A stretch of 38,172 nucleotides of DNA from contig CAZCEL010000001.1 in the NCBI GenBank assembly GCA_964497175.1, forward strand, positions 1-38,172. Direction: 5' to 3'. The stretch comes from an uncultured Bifidobacteriaceae bacterium. GTDB taxonomy: Bacteria > Acidobacteriota > Vicinamibacteria > Vicinamibacterales > CAVVIG01. Positions 16,761 to 26,014 of the stretch are shown in pieces. The notes under the pieces were generated by a model. It was given only the letters and a program-made list of their open reading frames with translations. It was not told where the DNA came from and made no database searches. The position numbers were made by a program, and so were the translations under genes. The first letter of the stretch is position 1. Each line of letters begins with the position of its first letter.

Positions 16761-17621
16761 ATGTCTGGTTCCGACACGATTCGGGCGATCGTCGCTGCCG
16801 CGCGTGAACGCCTCGTGCGCACCGGCATCCCTGTCGACGAAGCGGCGCTCGACGCGCGGCTCCTTGCCCAGCAGGTGCTTGCCTGGGATCTCGCGCGGTA
16901 TCTCAGCGACAGCCACCTGCCGCCCCCCTCGTCGTTTTCCGCCCGCTACCGGCAGCTCGTCGACCGGCGGGCCGCCCGCGAGCCGGTCGCGTACATCACA
17001 GGCTCGCAGGAGTTCTGGGGGCTCGACTTCGAGGTGACTCCAGCCGTCCTCGTTCCGCGTCCCGAGACCGAGCTCCTGATTGAGGTCGGGCTCGCGCAGT
17101 GCCCGGCGGATCGCGCTGCAGCCATCGCCGACGTCGGTACCGGCAGCGGGTGCCTGGCGATTGCGCTGGCACGCGAGCGCCCGCGCTCTCGGCTCGTGGC
17201 CACCGATGTGTCAGCCGACGCGCTGGCTGTCACGAGACGGAATGCCGTCCGCCACCAAGTCGATCACCGGATCGCTCTTGTTCGGACTGACCTGTTGACC
17301 GACGTGCCTGGCACGTTCGACCTCATCGTCTCGAATCCGCCCTATGTGCCGGAACTCGACCGCGAAAGCCTGCCTCCGGAAGTCCTGCACGAGCCGGCGA
17401 TCGCGCTCTTCGGGGGGACTGACGGGCTGGCCGCCATCAGGAGGCTGGTCGACCAGGCGCCCGGACACCTGGCAAAGGGCGGAATTCTCGCCTTCGAGTT
17501 CGGATTCGGCCAGGATGAGCGCGTGAGCCAGCGGATTGCCGAATCAAGGACGTTGACACTGCTCGATCTCCGCCGGGACCTGCAGGGGATTCCGCGCGTG
17601 GCGATCGCCTCGCGCCGATGA
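16761..17621 (+). CDS. prmC: Release-factor glutamine N5-methyltransferase
   Basis: DVGTGSGCLAIALA (SAM motif I) and IVSNPPYV (NPPY motif). It lies directly downstream of prfA. Confidence 0.92.
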   Translation: MSGSDTIRAIVAAARERLVRTGIPVDEAALDARLLAQQVLAWDLARYLSDSHLPPPSSFSARYRQLVDRRAAREPVAYITGSQEFWGLDFEVTPAVLVPRPETELLIEVGLAQCPADRAAAIADVGTGSGCLAIALARERPRSRLVATDVSADALAVTRRNAVRHQVDHRIALVRTDLLTDVPGTFDLIVSNPPYVPELDRESLPPEVLHEPAIALFGGTDGLAAIRRLVDQAPGHLAKGGILAFEFGFGQDERVSQRIAESRTLTLLDLRRDLQGIPRVAIASRR

Positions 17622-17703
17622 CGTGACCAGTCATCTCGTGACGTCGATTCTTCGTGCTCTCGCCCACCTGGTGTATTGTCAGTAGCGAGAGAGTCGGGCG
17701 TCC

Positions 17704-18048
17704 ATGCCTCAGTGTCTGTTCTGCCGGATTGTCAGCCGTGAGATTCCCGGCTCGATCGTCTACGATGACGACCGGGTCCTCGCTTTCAACGACATCAACC
17801 CCCAGGCGCCCACGCATGTGCTGATTGTTCCGAAGCGGCACATCGAGTCGCTGAACGACCTCCAGCCGGAAGATGACGGGATTGTCGGTGAGCTGGTCAG
17901 GCGCGCGGCGCTGATTGCGAAGGACCGCGGGATCGCCGAGGGCGGTTTCCGGACGGTGTTCAACACCAACCGGGACGCCGGCCAGACTGTCTTCCACATC
18001 CATCTGCACCTGCTCGGCGGACGGAGCCTGGCCTGGCCACCCGGTTAG
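17704..18048 (+). CDS. HIT-family (histidine triad) nucleotide-binding protein
   Basis: CLFCRIV at the N-terminus and the histidine triad HIHLHLLGG. Confidence 0.93.
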   Translation: MPQCLFCRIVSREIPGSIVYDDDRVLAFNDINPQAPTHVLIVPKRHIESLNDLQPEDDGIVGELVRRAALIAKDRGIAEGGFRTVFNTNRDAGQTVFHIHLHLLGGRSLAWPPG

Positions 18049-18060
18049 AACACAACGATC

Positions 18061-18066
18061 TACAAT
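18061..18066 (+). promoter_or_regulatory. Candidate -10 box TACAAT upstream of the FKBP gene
   Basis: TACAAT at 18061-18066. GAAAGGA (SD) precedes the ATG at 18082. Confidence 0.3.
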
Positions 18067-18081
18067 ACGTGCCACGAAAGG

Positions 18082-18516
18082 ATGCTCATGCGACTACTTG
18101 CAGCCGTCACCGCGCTCACGTTCACCGCCACTCTCGCCGGCTTCGCCCAGTCCTCGCTGCCTCCACCGCCCGACGTCAAGGCGGCACCCAAGGACGCCAA
18201 GAAGACGTCGAGCGGGCTTGCCTACAAGGTGCTGACGTCCGGCAAGGGCACCAGGCACCCGACGGCGACGAGCTCCGTCACGGTGCAATACACCGGATGG
18301 ACGACCGACGGGAAGATGTTCGACAGCTCCGTGACGCGAGGCGAGCCGGCGACGTTCCCGCTGAATCGGGTCATCAAGGGGTGGACCGAGGGCGTCCAGC
18401 TGATGGTCGAAGGCGAGAAGACGCGCTTCTGGATTCCTGAGCCCCTTGCCTATGGAGGCAGACAAGCTCCGTTCGGCCTGCTCGTGTTCGACATCGAGTT
18501 GCTGAAGATCCAATAG
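18082..18516 (+). CDS. Secreted FKBP-type peptidyl-prolyl cis-trans isomerase
   Basis: A signal peptide (MLMRLLAAVTALTFTATLAGFAQ) is followed by YTGWTTDGKMFDSS, VIKGWTEG and LVFDIELL. Confidence 0.92.
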   Translation: MLMRLLAAVTALTFTATLAGFAQSSLPPPPDVKAAPKDAKKTSSGLAYKVLTSGKGTRHPTATSSVTVQYTGWTTDGKMFDSSVTRGEPATFPLNRVIKGWTEGVQLMVEGEKTRFWIPEPLAYGGRQAPFGLLVFDIELLKIQ

Positions 18517-18528
18517 CGGCCCTGGCCC

Positions 18529-19227
18529 TCAACGGGCCAGACACTCGGGCAGCTCGGCAAGCGATCGGATGATCGGGACGCCGCGCGACGCGAGTTCCTT
18601 CATCTGCGGGTGCGGGGCGGCGCCCCGATGCAGCAGAACCGCGCTCATGCCGACGCCGAGCGCCCCTTCGACATCCTGCCGGATGTTGTCGCCCACCATC
18701 GTGGCCTCAGTGGGCGCGACCCCAGTCGCCCGCAGCGCAGCCTGAAAGATGCTCGGGTGCGGCTTCATGTAGCCGTGCTCGGACGACGAGATGGCCACCG
18801 CCACCAGGCCCTGCAGCTCGAAGTGCGATTGAAACGCGGCCAGGCACCGATGGGTGTTCGAGATCAGGCCGATGGTGACACCCGCCGAGGCAAGGTCCCG
18901 CAGAACCTCCGGCACTTCGTGGTACAGCTCGAAGTGGTGGCACCGTGCCCACTCGGTATAGATCTCGCGCGCGCACGGATCAAGACGATCGCCGCGCCCA
19001 CCCATCTGCTCGATAATGCGCTTCGTATAGCGCACGAAGATCTCGGCGTCGTATTCGTCCTCAGGCCCATCGAGCAGCGGTGCCGCGCTCGCGACGGCGC
19101 GATCGAACCGGTTCGGGTCGATCTCCATTCCGTAACCAGCGCAGAAGTCGCGGTAGCCATCGCCGCCAAATCGGGGGCCGGGATAGATGAGCGTGAAATC
19201 GACGTCGAAAAAGACCGCCCGTGGCAT
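18529..19227 (-). CDS. HAD-superfamily hydrolase
   Basis: N-terminus AVFFDVDFTLI (DxDxT) and VGDNIRQDVEGA (motif IV). Confidence 0.85.
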   Translation of the reverse strand: MPRAVFFDVDFTLIYPGPRFGGDGYRDFCAGYGMEIDPNRFDRAVASAAPLLDGPEDEYDAEIFVRYTKRIIEQMGGRGDRLDPCAREIYTEWARCHHFELYHEVPEVLRDLASAGVTIGLISNTHRCLAAFQSHFELQGLVAVAISSSEHGYMKPHPSIFQAALRATGVAPTEATMVGDNIRQDVEGALGVGMSAVLLHRGAAPHPQMKELASRGVPIIRSLAELPECLAR

Positions 19228-19233
19228 ATGTGA

Positions 19234-20526
19234 CTATGACCCGGTTCCGCCGTCGCTGTAGGGTCCGGCGACGACGACGGTGGCGCGCGCGGGATCGAGG
19301 GTGCGGGCGGCGGCGTGGACATCGCCGAGCGTCACCCGTCCGAGCAGATCCGGCAGTCGCTGGTCATAGTCGAGGCCGAGGGCGAAGAATTCCGCTGTCT
19401 GAAGGAACCTCGCAATGCCGGCGTTCGTTTCAAGAGCCCGGGGCATCGATCCAATCAGGTATCGTCGCGACTCATCAAGCTCCTTGAGGGTGACCCCCTC
19501 ACGCGCGATCAGCTCGAGCTCGTGGTCGATCGAATCGATCGTTCGCCGCACGTTCGCGGCGCTGACACCCGCGCGGATGACGAGCGGACCCTCGAGCACG
19601 TTCGCGTCGAAGGAGCTCGACACGTAGTACGCCATCCCCTGCCGCTCTCGAATGCTGTCGCCGAGACGTCCGCCGAGTGCGTACTGGCCGAGGACGTTGT
19701 TCATCAGCACAAACGCGTAATAGGACGGATCGGATCTCGGGATCGTTCGGAATCCGTAGGCAATGTCGGTCTGCGCCTTGTTCATCATCGGAATGACCGT
19801 TTGCCGACGCGCATCGGACGCTTTGGCGTGGGGACCCGCCACACCTGCCGACTCGAGAGGAGACGCGCGAGGAAGGGTCTCACTCGCCCGCCAGCTTCCG
19901 AAGCAATCGGTTGCCGCGTCGATGGCCCGCGACGCGGCGAGGTCGCCAACCACGACCGCGGTCAGGGCACCTGGCCCAAACCCGTCGCGATGCAGCCGGA
20001 GAAGCGCGTCCCGCGTCGCGCGCTCCACGCTGTCGATGGTTCCCTTCGCACGCCGTCCGTAGGGATGGGGCTCCATGTACAGGAGCGCCATCAATTCTTC
20101 AACGGCTCTGACGGCCGGATTGTCCTCGTCCTGTCGAATCGCGGTGACGACCTCACCCTTTCGGACCATCAGCTCGCCCTCGGGAATCGAGGGACACATG
20201 ACGATGTCGGCAAGCAGACTGAGGACATGGTCGAAGTCCTCGCGCAGGCAGGTGCAATCGATGGAGAACAGGTGCCGCGTGACGACGACGTTCAGCGACA
20301 CGGCCCGATCGTCAAGCTCGTCGGCAATGACGGCGGCTGACCGCGCGAGCGTGCCGCGATCGATCACGCGCCCGAGCAGGTGCGTGGCGCCCGGCAGATC
20401 CGCCGGATCCGCGATGGACCCGGCGCGGATGGCCAGGTTGACCGAGACGGCGGGCAGCTTGGGGGTCTCCAGGGCGATGACGACCGCGCCGTTGGGCAGG
20501 CGCACTCGCGTCGGCACCAACGCCAT
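19234..20526 (-). CDS. M16-family peptidase, non-catalytic-type subunit (no HxxEH)
   Basis: The internal ATG (MALVPTRVRLPNG...) overlaps the stop of the upstream M16 gene (TGATG). GATHLLGRV stands where HxxEH is expected. The 585-aa ORF-track version is an artefactual extension. Confidence 0.87.
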   Translation of the reverse strand: MALVPTRVRLPNGAVVIALETPKLPAVSVNLAIRAGSIADPADLPGATHLLGRVIDRGTLARSAAVIADELDDRAVSLNVVVTRHLFSIDCTCLREDFDHVLSLLADIVMCPSIPEGELMVRKGEVVTAIRQDEDNPAVRAVEELMALLYMEPHPYGRRAKGTIDSVERATRDALLRLHRDGFGPGALTAVVVGDLAASRAIDAATDCFGSWRASETLPRASPLESAGVAGPHAKASDARRQTVIPMMNKAQTDIAYGFRTIPRSDPSYYAFVLMNNVLGQYALGGRLGDSIRERQGMAYYVSSSFDANVLEGPLVIRAGVSAANVRRTIDSIDHELELIAREGVTLKELDESRRYLIGSMPRALETNAGIARFLQTAEFFALGLDYDQRLPDLLGRVTLGDVHAAARTLDPARATVVVAGPYSDGGTGS

Positions 20527-21842
20527 CAGCTGGTGCTCCCGCCAGGGTCGAACCACCCCACCGTCCGGTTCGAGGGCACGAGCATCTTGCGTGCGGCCTC
20601 GAACACGTCCTCGAGCGTCGCCGCGGCAATCCGAGCGGGCAGGTCGGTGAAGACGTCGACTCGCGCCACGGTGGCGAAGTAGCCAATCTGGTGCGCGACG
20701 CTGGTGACGCTGTCCTCGTCGAAGACGAGCTGCGCCCGAAGCTGTGTCTTGGCCCGGCCCAGTTCGGCGTGCGTGACGCCGCCACGTCGAACGCCGTCGA
20801 TGGTCTCGACCACGGCCTCCTCGACGGAGGGAAGCGGAACGCCGGCCCTCACGGTCGCGGAGACGGTGTAGAGAAATGGGTGCTGAGTCGGCAGGAGCGC
20901 ACCGGACACGGCCGACGCGAGACCGCGATCCACGAGAGCCAGGTACAGCCGCGCCTTTCTCTGGGGCGGCGGCACACGAAAACTGCTCCACAAGTTGACA
21001 CCCTTGGCACCCGTCAGCACCGCGTCGAGGAGCAGCGTGGGCACAAACAGCGGGTCGGTCACGTCGGGGGCATGGTAGGCGATCTTGACGTACGCGGCGG
21101 TCCCCTCCCGGCGAATCGTCACCCGCCGTTCCCCCGTCTGCTGAGGTTCGACAGCCCGCACACGCGCCGGCAGGGCTCCGGACGCGACGGCCCCGAAATG
21201 GCGGTCGACTCTGCGCAGCACGTCCTCGGTCTCGACGTCACCGACGACGACGAGCGTCGCGTTGTTTGGGATGTAGAACCGGCGGTAGTAGCCGTACAAG
21301 TCCTCGCGCGTCATTGTCTGCAGGTCCGACAGCCAGCCGATCGTCGGGTGACGATAGGGATGCGCTTTGAACGCGGTCGCGGTGACCTCCTGGTCGAGGA
21401 GCTGATCGGGATCGTTTTCACCTCCCTGGAGCTCCGAGATGATCACCGTGCGCTCCGACTCGCAGTCCTCGGGGTGATAGAGGCACCGCGCCATCCGCTC
21501 CGATTCGATGAACAGCATGCGGTCCAGCGCGTCGCGCGTGGCCGTCTCGAGATACGCGGTCTGGTCGATCCAGGTGTAACCGTTCCACGTACCTCCGACC
21601 TGCTCGATGATGCCCTTGACCTCGCTGCGGGGAATGTGTTCCGAGCCCTTGAAGTTCATGTGCTCGACCCAGTGCGACACGCCGGTCATCCCGGGGCCCT
21701 CGTCCTTCGAGCCGACCCTGTACCAGCACCACACCGAGGCCAGCGGCGAGGTGTGCTCCTCGCGAACCAGGACGGTCAATCCGTTGTCGAGCGTGGCGAG
21801 GCGAACCGCCCCGCGCGGCCGCGCTCCTTCGGGATCGGTCAT
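20526..21842 (-). CDS. M16-family zinc metallopeptidase (insulinase-like), catalytic-type subunit
   Basis: The HWVEH zinc motif (GVSHWVEHMNFKG) sits in an M16 N-terminal domain layout. The start is the ATG at 21842, or alternatively the GTG at 21845. Confidence 0.9.
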   Translation of the reverse strand: MTDPEGARPRGAVRLATLDNGLTVLVREEHTSPLASVWCWYRVGSKDEGPGMTGVSHWVEHMNFKGSEHIPRSEVKGIIEQVGGTWNGYTWIDQTAYLETATRDALDRMLFIESERMARCLYHPEDCESERTVIISELQGGENDPDQLLDQEVTATAFKAHPYRHPTIGWLSDLQTMTREDLYGYYRRFYIPNNATLVVVGDVETEDVLRRVDRHFGAVASGALPARVRAVEPQQTGERRVTIRREGTAAYVKIAYHAPDVTDPLFVPTLLLDAVLTGAKGVNLWSSFRVPPPQRKARLYLALVDRGLASAVSGALLPTQHPFLYTVSATVRAGVPLPSVEEAVVETIDGVRRGGVTHAELGRAKTQLRAQLVFDEDSVTSVAHQIGYFATVARVDVFTDLPARIAAATLEDVFEAARKMLVPSNRTVGWFDPGGSTS

Positions 21843-21850
21843 CACACTTC

Positions 21851-21860
21851 ATTATAGAAT
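21851..21860. promoter_or_regulatory. Overlapping back-to-back -10 boxes for the M16 peptidase operon (minus) and ileS (plus)
   Basis: ATTATAGAAT reads as minus-strand TATAAT (21856..21851) and plus-strand TAGAAT (21855-21860), within a 27-30 bp divergent intergenic region. Confidence 0.4.
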
Positions 21861-21872
21861 CGGTGAAACCCC

Positions 21873-24725
21873 ATGCCTGAATGGAAGGACACCGTCAACC
21901 TGCCGCGTACCGGCTTTCCGATGAAGGCGAACCTGCCGGCGAGCGAACCCGTGGGGCTGGCGCGCTGGGCGGCGATGGGGCTCTACGGACAGATTCGGCA
22001 GAGCCGGCACGGGCGGCCGAAGTTCGTGCTGCATGACGGTCCGCCGTACGCGAACGGCAACATCCACATGGGCACGGCGCTCAACAAGATCCTCAAGGAC
22101 TTCGTCGTCAAGTCGCGCTCGATGGAGGGGTACGACGCGCCGTACGTGGTCGGGTACGACTGCCATGGCCTGCCGATCGAGCTGCAGGTCGATCGCGAGT
22201 TGGGTACGAAGAAGCGGGACATGTCGACGGCTGAATTCTGCCGCGCCTGCCGAGCCTACGCCGAGCGGTTCATCGACACGATGACCGCGCAGTTTCAGCG
22301 GCTCGGCATCCTGGGCACGTGGGACGAGCCGTACCTGACGATGGATTTCCGGTACCAGGCGGCGATCGTACGCGCATTCGGGCGGTTCGTCGAGCGCGGG
22401 CTGGTCTACAAGGGCAAGAAGCCCGTTCACTGGTGCATCCACTGCCGAACGGCGCTCGCTGAGGCCGAGGTCGAGTACGAGGAGCATTCCTCGCCCTCGA
22501 TCTACGTGGAGTTCCCGCTGGCGGAGAGCGGCGCCTCCGAACTGGAAGCGCGCGTGCCGGCGCTGGCCGGAATGGCGGTCTCCGCGCTGATCTGGACCAC
22601 GACGCCGTGGACGATCCCGTCGAACCTCGCACTCGCGTTTCATCCCGAGTTCGACTACGCCGCCTACGACGTGGATGGGCGCGCGGTCATCGTCGCCCAA
22701 GGCCTTGCCGAACAGGTTTCCCGGGCGGTTGGTCGGCCCTTCGGGGAAAAGATCGCCAGCATGCGGGGCAGCGCGCTCGAGGGCATCCGGTTCCGCCATC
22801 CGCTGTACGGGCGCGATTCGACCGGCGTCCTTGGGGAGTACGTGACGCTCGACGCCGGAACCGGGGTGGTGCACACGGCGCCCGGCCACGGAGCGGACGA
22901 TTTCAACACCGGCATGAAATACGGGTTGGAGATCTACGCGCCGGTGGGACCTTCCGGGCACTTCTTCGACAGCGTGGAGCTGTTCGGCGGGCTACGGGTG
23001 TTCGATGCGAACCCGAAGGTCGAAAGCGCCCTGAAGGAACGTGGTCGACTCTGGCACCGTGAGGCGTTCTCGCACCAGTACCCGCACTGCTGGCGCTGCC
23101 ACCATCCCGTCATCTTCCTGGCTACGTCCCAGTGGTTCATTCGCATGGACGAGCCGGCGATCCGGGTCAAGCTGCACAACCGGCCGAGCGCGGAGGCCGC
23201 TACGCTCCGCGATGCGGCCCTGGACGCGATCGATCACGAGGTCACCTGGATTCCCTCCTGGGGTCACGACCGCATCTACAACATGGTCGCGAGCCGGCCG
23301 GACTGGTGCATTTCCCGACAGCGCGCCTGGGGTGTCCCGATTCCCGCGCTGGACTGCACGGCGTGCGGCGAAGCGCTCGTCACCCCGGCGACCGTCGAAC
23401 GGGCGGCCGCAGTGTTCGAACAGCACGGCGCCGTTGCGTGGTACGAGCGTCCCCTGGACGACTTCGTCCCCGAGGGCCTGCAGTGTCCTTCCTGCGGCGG
23501 CTCGACCTTCGAGCGGGAGATGAACATCCTGGACGTCTGGTTCGACTCGGGTTCGAGCCACGAGGCCGTGCTGTCGGTCCGCCCCGAGCTGACCTGGCCC
23601 GCAGACATGTATCTCGAGGGGGGCGACCAGCATCGTGGCTGGTTTCAGAGCTCGCTGCTCGTCGGGCTCGGCACGCGCGGGCGCCCGCCTTTCCGCGAGG
23701 TCCTCACGCACGGCTTCATCGTGGCGGAGGACGGTCGTAAGATGTCCAAGTCGCTGGGCAATTCGATCGACCCCGAGGACGTCATCAGCAAGAGCGGCGC
23801 CGACATTCTCCGTCTGTGGGTCTCGATGAGCGACTACACGCAGGAGATCAGGCTCGGACAAGAAGTGCTGGCCCGCGCGGTCGAGGCGTACCGCAAGATT
23901 CGCAACACGCTCAGATACCTGGTGGCCAACCTCTACGATTTCGATCCAGCCGTCGATCGCGTCGATACGGCTCGACTCGAGGAGGTGGATCGATTCGTTC
24001 TGGCCCGTTACGCCGGCGTCGCTCGACGGATTCTCGACGCGTATGCCGCGTACGACTACGGGGCCGTGTTTCATGCAGTGAACGGCTTCGCGACAGTCGA
24101 CCTCAGCGCATTCTACGCGGACGTCTCGAAGGATCGACTGTACACGTTCGCCGCGCGCTCGCGTGAGCGCCGGTCGGCGCAGTCGGCCATGTTCCTCATG
24201 GCAGACGGGCTCTCGCGCCTCATGGCGCCGATTCTGTCGTTCACGGCCGATGAACTGTGGCACCATCTGCCCGGCGCCCGAGAGCCGGCCGTCCACATCG
24301 CACGCTTTCCCGAGCGTCAGGCCCTCGACGGCCTGGCCGACGCGGACCTGCTCCGTCGCTGGACGATGCTGACGGCGCTCAGGGAGCGCGTGCTCGCCGA
24401 GATCGAGCCGCTTCGCAAGAGCAAGCAGATCGGAAGCTCGCTCCAGGCGAAGGTGATTCTGACCGCGGCGCAAGCGGGTCTGACCTCGCTCGCGCCGTAC
24501 CGCCGGGATCTCCCCATGCTCTTCATCGTCTCGGACGTGGAACTGCGGCTGTCGGCGCAGGAGGGTGACGGAGGCGACTTGGAGCCCCGGATCACAATCG
24601 AGCGCGCAGGGGGAGTGAAATGCGACCGCTGCTGGCGGTACGTCTCCTCTGTGTCGCGCGAGCCCGAGTGGGCCGGGATCTGCGAGCGGTGTCAGGGCGC
24701 GCTGGCTGAACCGATTCATGGCTGA
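21873..24725 (+). CDS. ileS: Isoleucine--tRNA ligase
   Basis: 950 aa. HIGH region PPYANGNIHMGTA, KMSKS, and a C-terminal zinc finger (CDRCWRY...CERC). Confidence 0.97.
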   Translation: MPEWKDTVNLPRTGFPMKANLPASEPVGLARWAAMGLYGQIRQSRHGRPKFVLHDGPPYANGNIHMGTALNKILKDFVVKSRSMEGYDAPYVVGYDCHGLPIELQVDRELGTKKRDMSTAEFCRACRAYAERFIDTMTAQFQRLGILGTWDEPYLTMDFRYQAAIVRAFGRFVERGLVYKGKKPVHWCIHCRTALAEAEVEYEEHSSPSIYVEFPLAESGASELEARVPALAGMAVSALIWTTTPWTIPSNLALAFHPEFDYAAYDVDGRAVIVAQGLAEQVSRAVGRPFGEKIASMRGSALEGIRFRHPLYGRDSTGVLGEYVTLDAGTGVVHTAPGHGADDFNTGMKYGLEIYAPVGPSGHFFDSVELFGGLRVFDANPKVESALKERGRLWHREAFSHQYPHCWRCHHPVIFLATSQWFIRMDEPAIRVKLHNRPSAEAATLRDAALDAIDHEVTWIPSWGHDRIYNMVASRPDWCISRQRAWGVPIPALDCTACGEALVTPATVERAAAVFEQHGAVAWYERPLDDFVPEGLQCPSCGGSTFEREMNILDVWFDSGSSHEAVLSVRPELTWPADMYLEGGDQHRGWFQSSLLVGLGTRGRPPFREVLTHGFIVAEDGRKMSKSLGNSIDPEDVISKSGADILRLWVSMSDYTQEIRLGQEVLARAVEAYRKIRNTLRYLVANLYDFDPAVDRVDTARLEEVDRFVLARYAGVARRILDAYAAYDYGAVFHAVNGFATVDLSAFYADVSKDRLYTFAARSRERRSAQSAMFLMADGLSRLMAPILSFTADELWHHLPGAREPAVHIARFPERQALDGLADADLLRRWTMLTALRERVLAEIEPLRKSKQIGSSLQAKVILTAAQAGLTSLAPYRRDLPMLFIVSDVELRLSAQEGDGGDLEPRITIERAGGVKCDRCWRYVSSVSREPEWAGICERCQGALAEPIHG

Positions 24726-25233
24726 GTCCCTTCGGGCGACCGGGCCGGTTCGAGGTCCGGAGCTCTGGCTGCCGGCTCTGGTCGCCGTGCTCGACCAGGT
24801 CTCGAAAGCCCTCGTGCGCGCGACGATCCCGCTTCATGAGAGCGTCACTGTAGTGCCGGGCTTGGTCGATTTCACACACGTGCGAAACACCGGTGCTGCA
24901 TTCGGGTTCCTCAACGCCATCGACTTTCCGTTCAAGACCACGGTCATCTCCATCGTCGCGACCGGGGCACTCATCGGCGTCGCTGCGTATTCGTCGAGCC
25001 TGGCACCTCACCAGCGTTGGGCCAGGACCGGCCTTTCACTGATCGTCGGCGGCGCGATCGGCAACCTGATCGACCGTGTAGGCGTTGGCGCGGTCGTGGA
25101 TTTTGTTGATGTCTACTGGCGCTCGTATCATTTCTGGGCCTTCAACGTTGCGGATTCGGCCATAACCGTTGGAGTGGCGATCATGATCCTCGACATGATC
25201 CGGGTGGGTACACATGCATCCAGTACTGTTTGA
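24718..25233 (+). CDS. lspA: Lipoprotein signal peptidase II
   Basis: NTGAAFG, GGAIGNLIDR and FNVADSAI motifs. It overlaps the ileS stop by 8 nt. Confidence 0.93.
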   Translation: MAESLRATGPVRGPELWLPALVAVLDQVSKALVRATIPLHESVTVVPGLVDFTHVRNTGAAFGFLNAIDFPFKTTVISIVATGALIGVAAYSSSLAPHQRWARTGLSLIVGGAIGNLIDRVGVGAVVDFVDVYWRSYHFWAFNVADSAITVGVAIMILDMIRVGTHASSTV

Positions 25234-26014
25234 CCTCGGGCGCGTGACCGTCTACACGTACGGCGTGCTGTTGGCCGCGGCCTACCTGCTGGGACTGCAG
25301 CTGGCGATGAGGCGGGCCAGGTCGCGTGGACTCGACCACACGCGGGTCCTGGACCTGGGCATCTACATCATCATCAGCGCACTGGTTGGCGCCAAACTGC
25401 TGCTCCTTGCCGTCGACGTCGGGACCTACACCGCGAACCCGCGGGAGCTGTTGACTCTGCTGCGATCGGGAGGCGTGTTCTACGGTGGACTCATTCTGGC
25501 CGTCACGGTGGCCCTCTGGTACATCCGGCGGGTGGGCCTCCCCCTGTGGACCACCTGCGACGTGTTTGCGCCGGGCATCGCACTGGGCCACGTGGTCGGC
25601 CGGATCGGGTGTCTCTTCGCCGGGTGCTGCTACGGCAAGCCAACGACGCTGCCGTGGGGCATCACGTTCACCGACCCCTTTGCCGCGTCGAACGTCGGCA
25701 CGCCGCTCAACGTGGCGCTGCACCCGACGCAGCTGTACGAGGCAGGGGCCGAAGCCCTGATCCTCGGCCTGCTGCTCGCGACTGAGTCGCGCGGGCGACG
25801 CTACCCCGGCCGCACGTTCTGGTGGTACATGCTCTTGTACGCGATCTCACGTTACGTCATCGAGATGTTCCGCGGGGATCCGCGCGGCACGGTCCTGATC
25901 TTCTCGACCTCGCAGTTCATCTCGGTCCTTCTCGCGCCAATGGCTGTCGTCATGCTCATCTACCTCGGGCGACACTGGGAGCCGGCACCCAAGACCGCTC
26001 GCAAGGCAGCGTGA
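25214..26014 (+). CDS. lgt: Prolipoprotein diacylglyceryl transferase
   Basis: YGVLLAAAYL, GRIGCLFAGCCYGKPT and HPTQLYE motifs. It overlaps the lspA end by 20 nt. Confidence 0.94.
   Translation: MHPVLFDLGRVTVYTYGVLLAAAYLLGLQLAMRRARSRGLDHTRVLDLGIYIIISALVGAKLLLLAVDVGTYTANPRELLTLLRSGGVFYGGLILAVTVALWYIRRVGLPLWTTCDVFAPGIALGHVVGRIGCLFAGCCYGKPTTLPWGITFTDPFAASNVGTPLNVALHPTQLYEAGAEALILGLLLATESRGRRYPGRTFWWYMLLYAISRYVIEMFRGDPRGTVLIFSTSQFISVLLAPMAVVMLIYLGRHWEPAPKTARKAA

Noticed and set aside
19315-21857. Plus-strand ORFs 19315..20340 and 20691..21857, and the 585-aa extended version of the second M16 gene
   Set aside because: The plus-strand ORFs are antisense to the M16 peptidase pair. The 585-aa ORF runs out of frame through the upstream M16 gene. 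The TGATG junction at 20526 gives a sensible 431-aa protein.
21852-24719. Two long minus-strand ORFs (369 and 575 aa) opposite ileS
   Set aside because: These are shadow ORFs. ileS on the plus strand has the HIGH and KMSKS motifs and the zinc finger, and the antisense products have no domain features.
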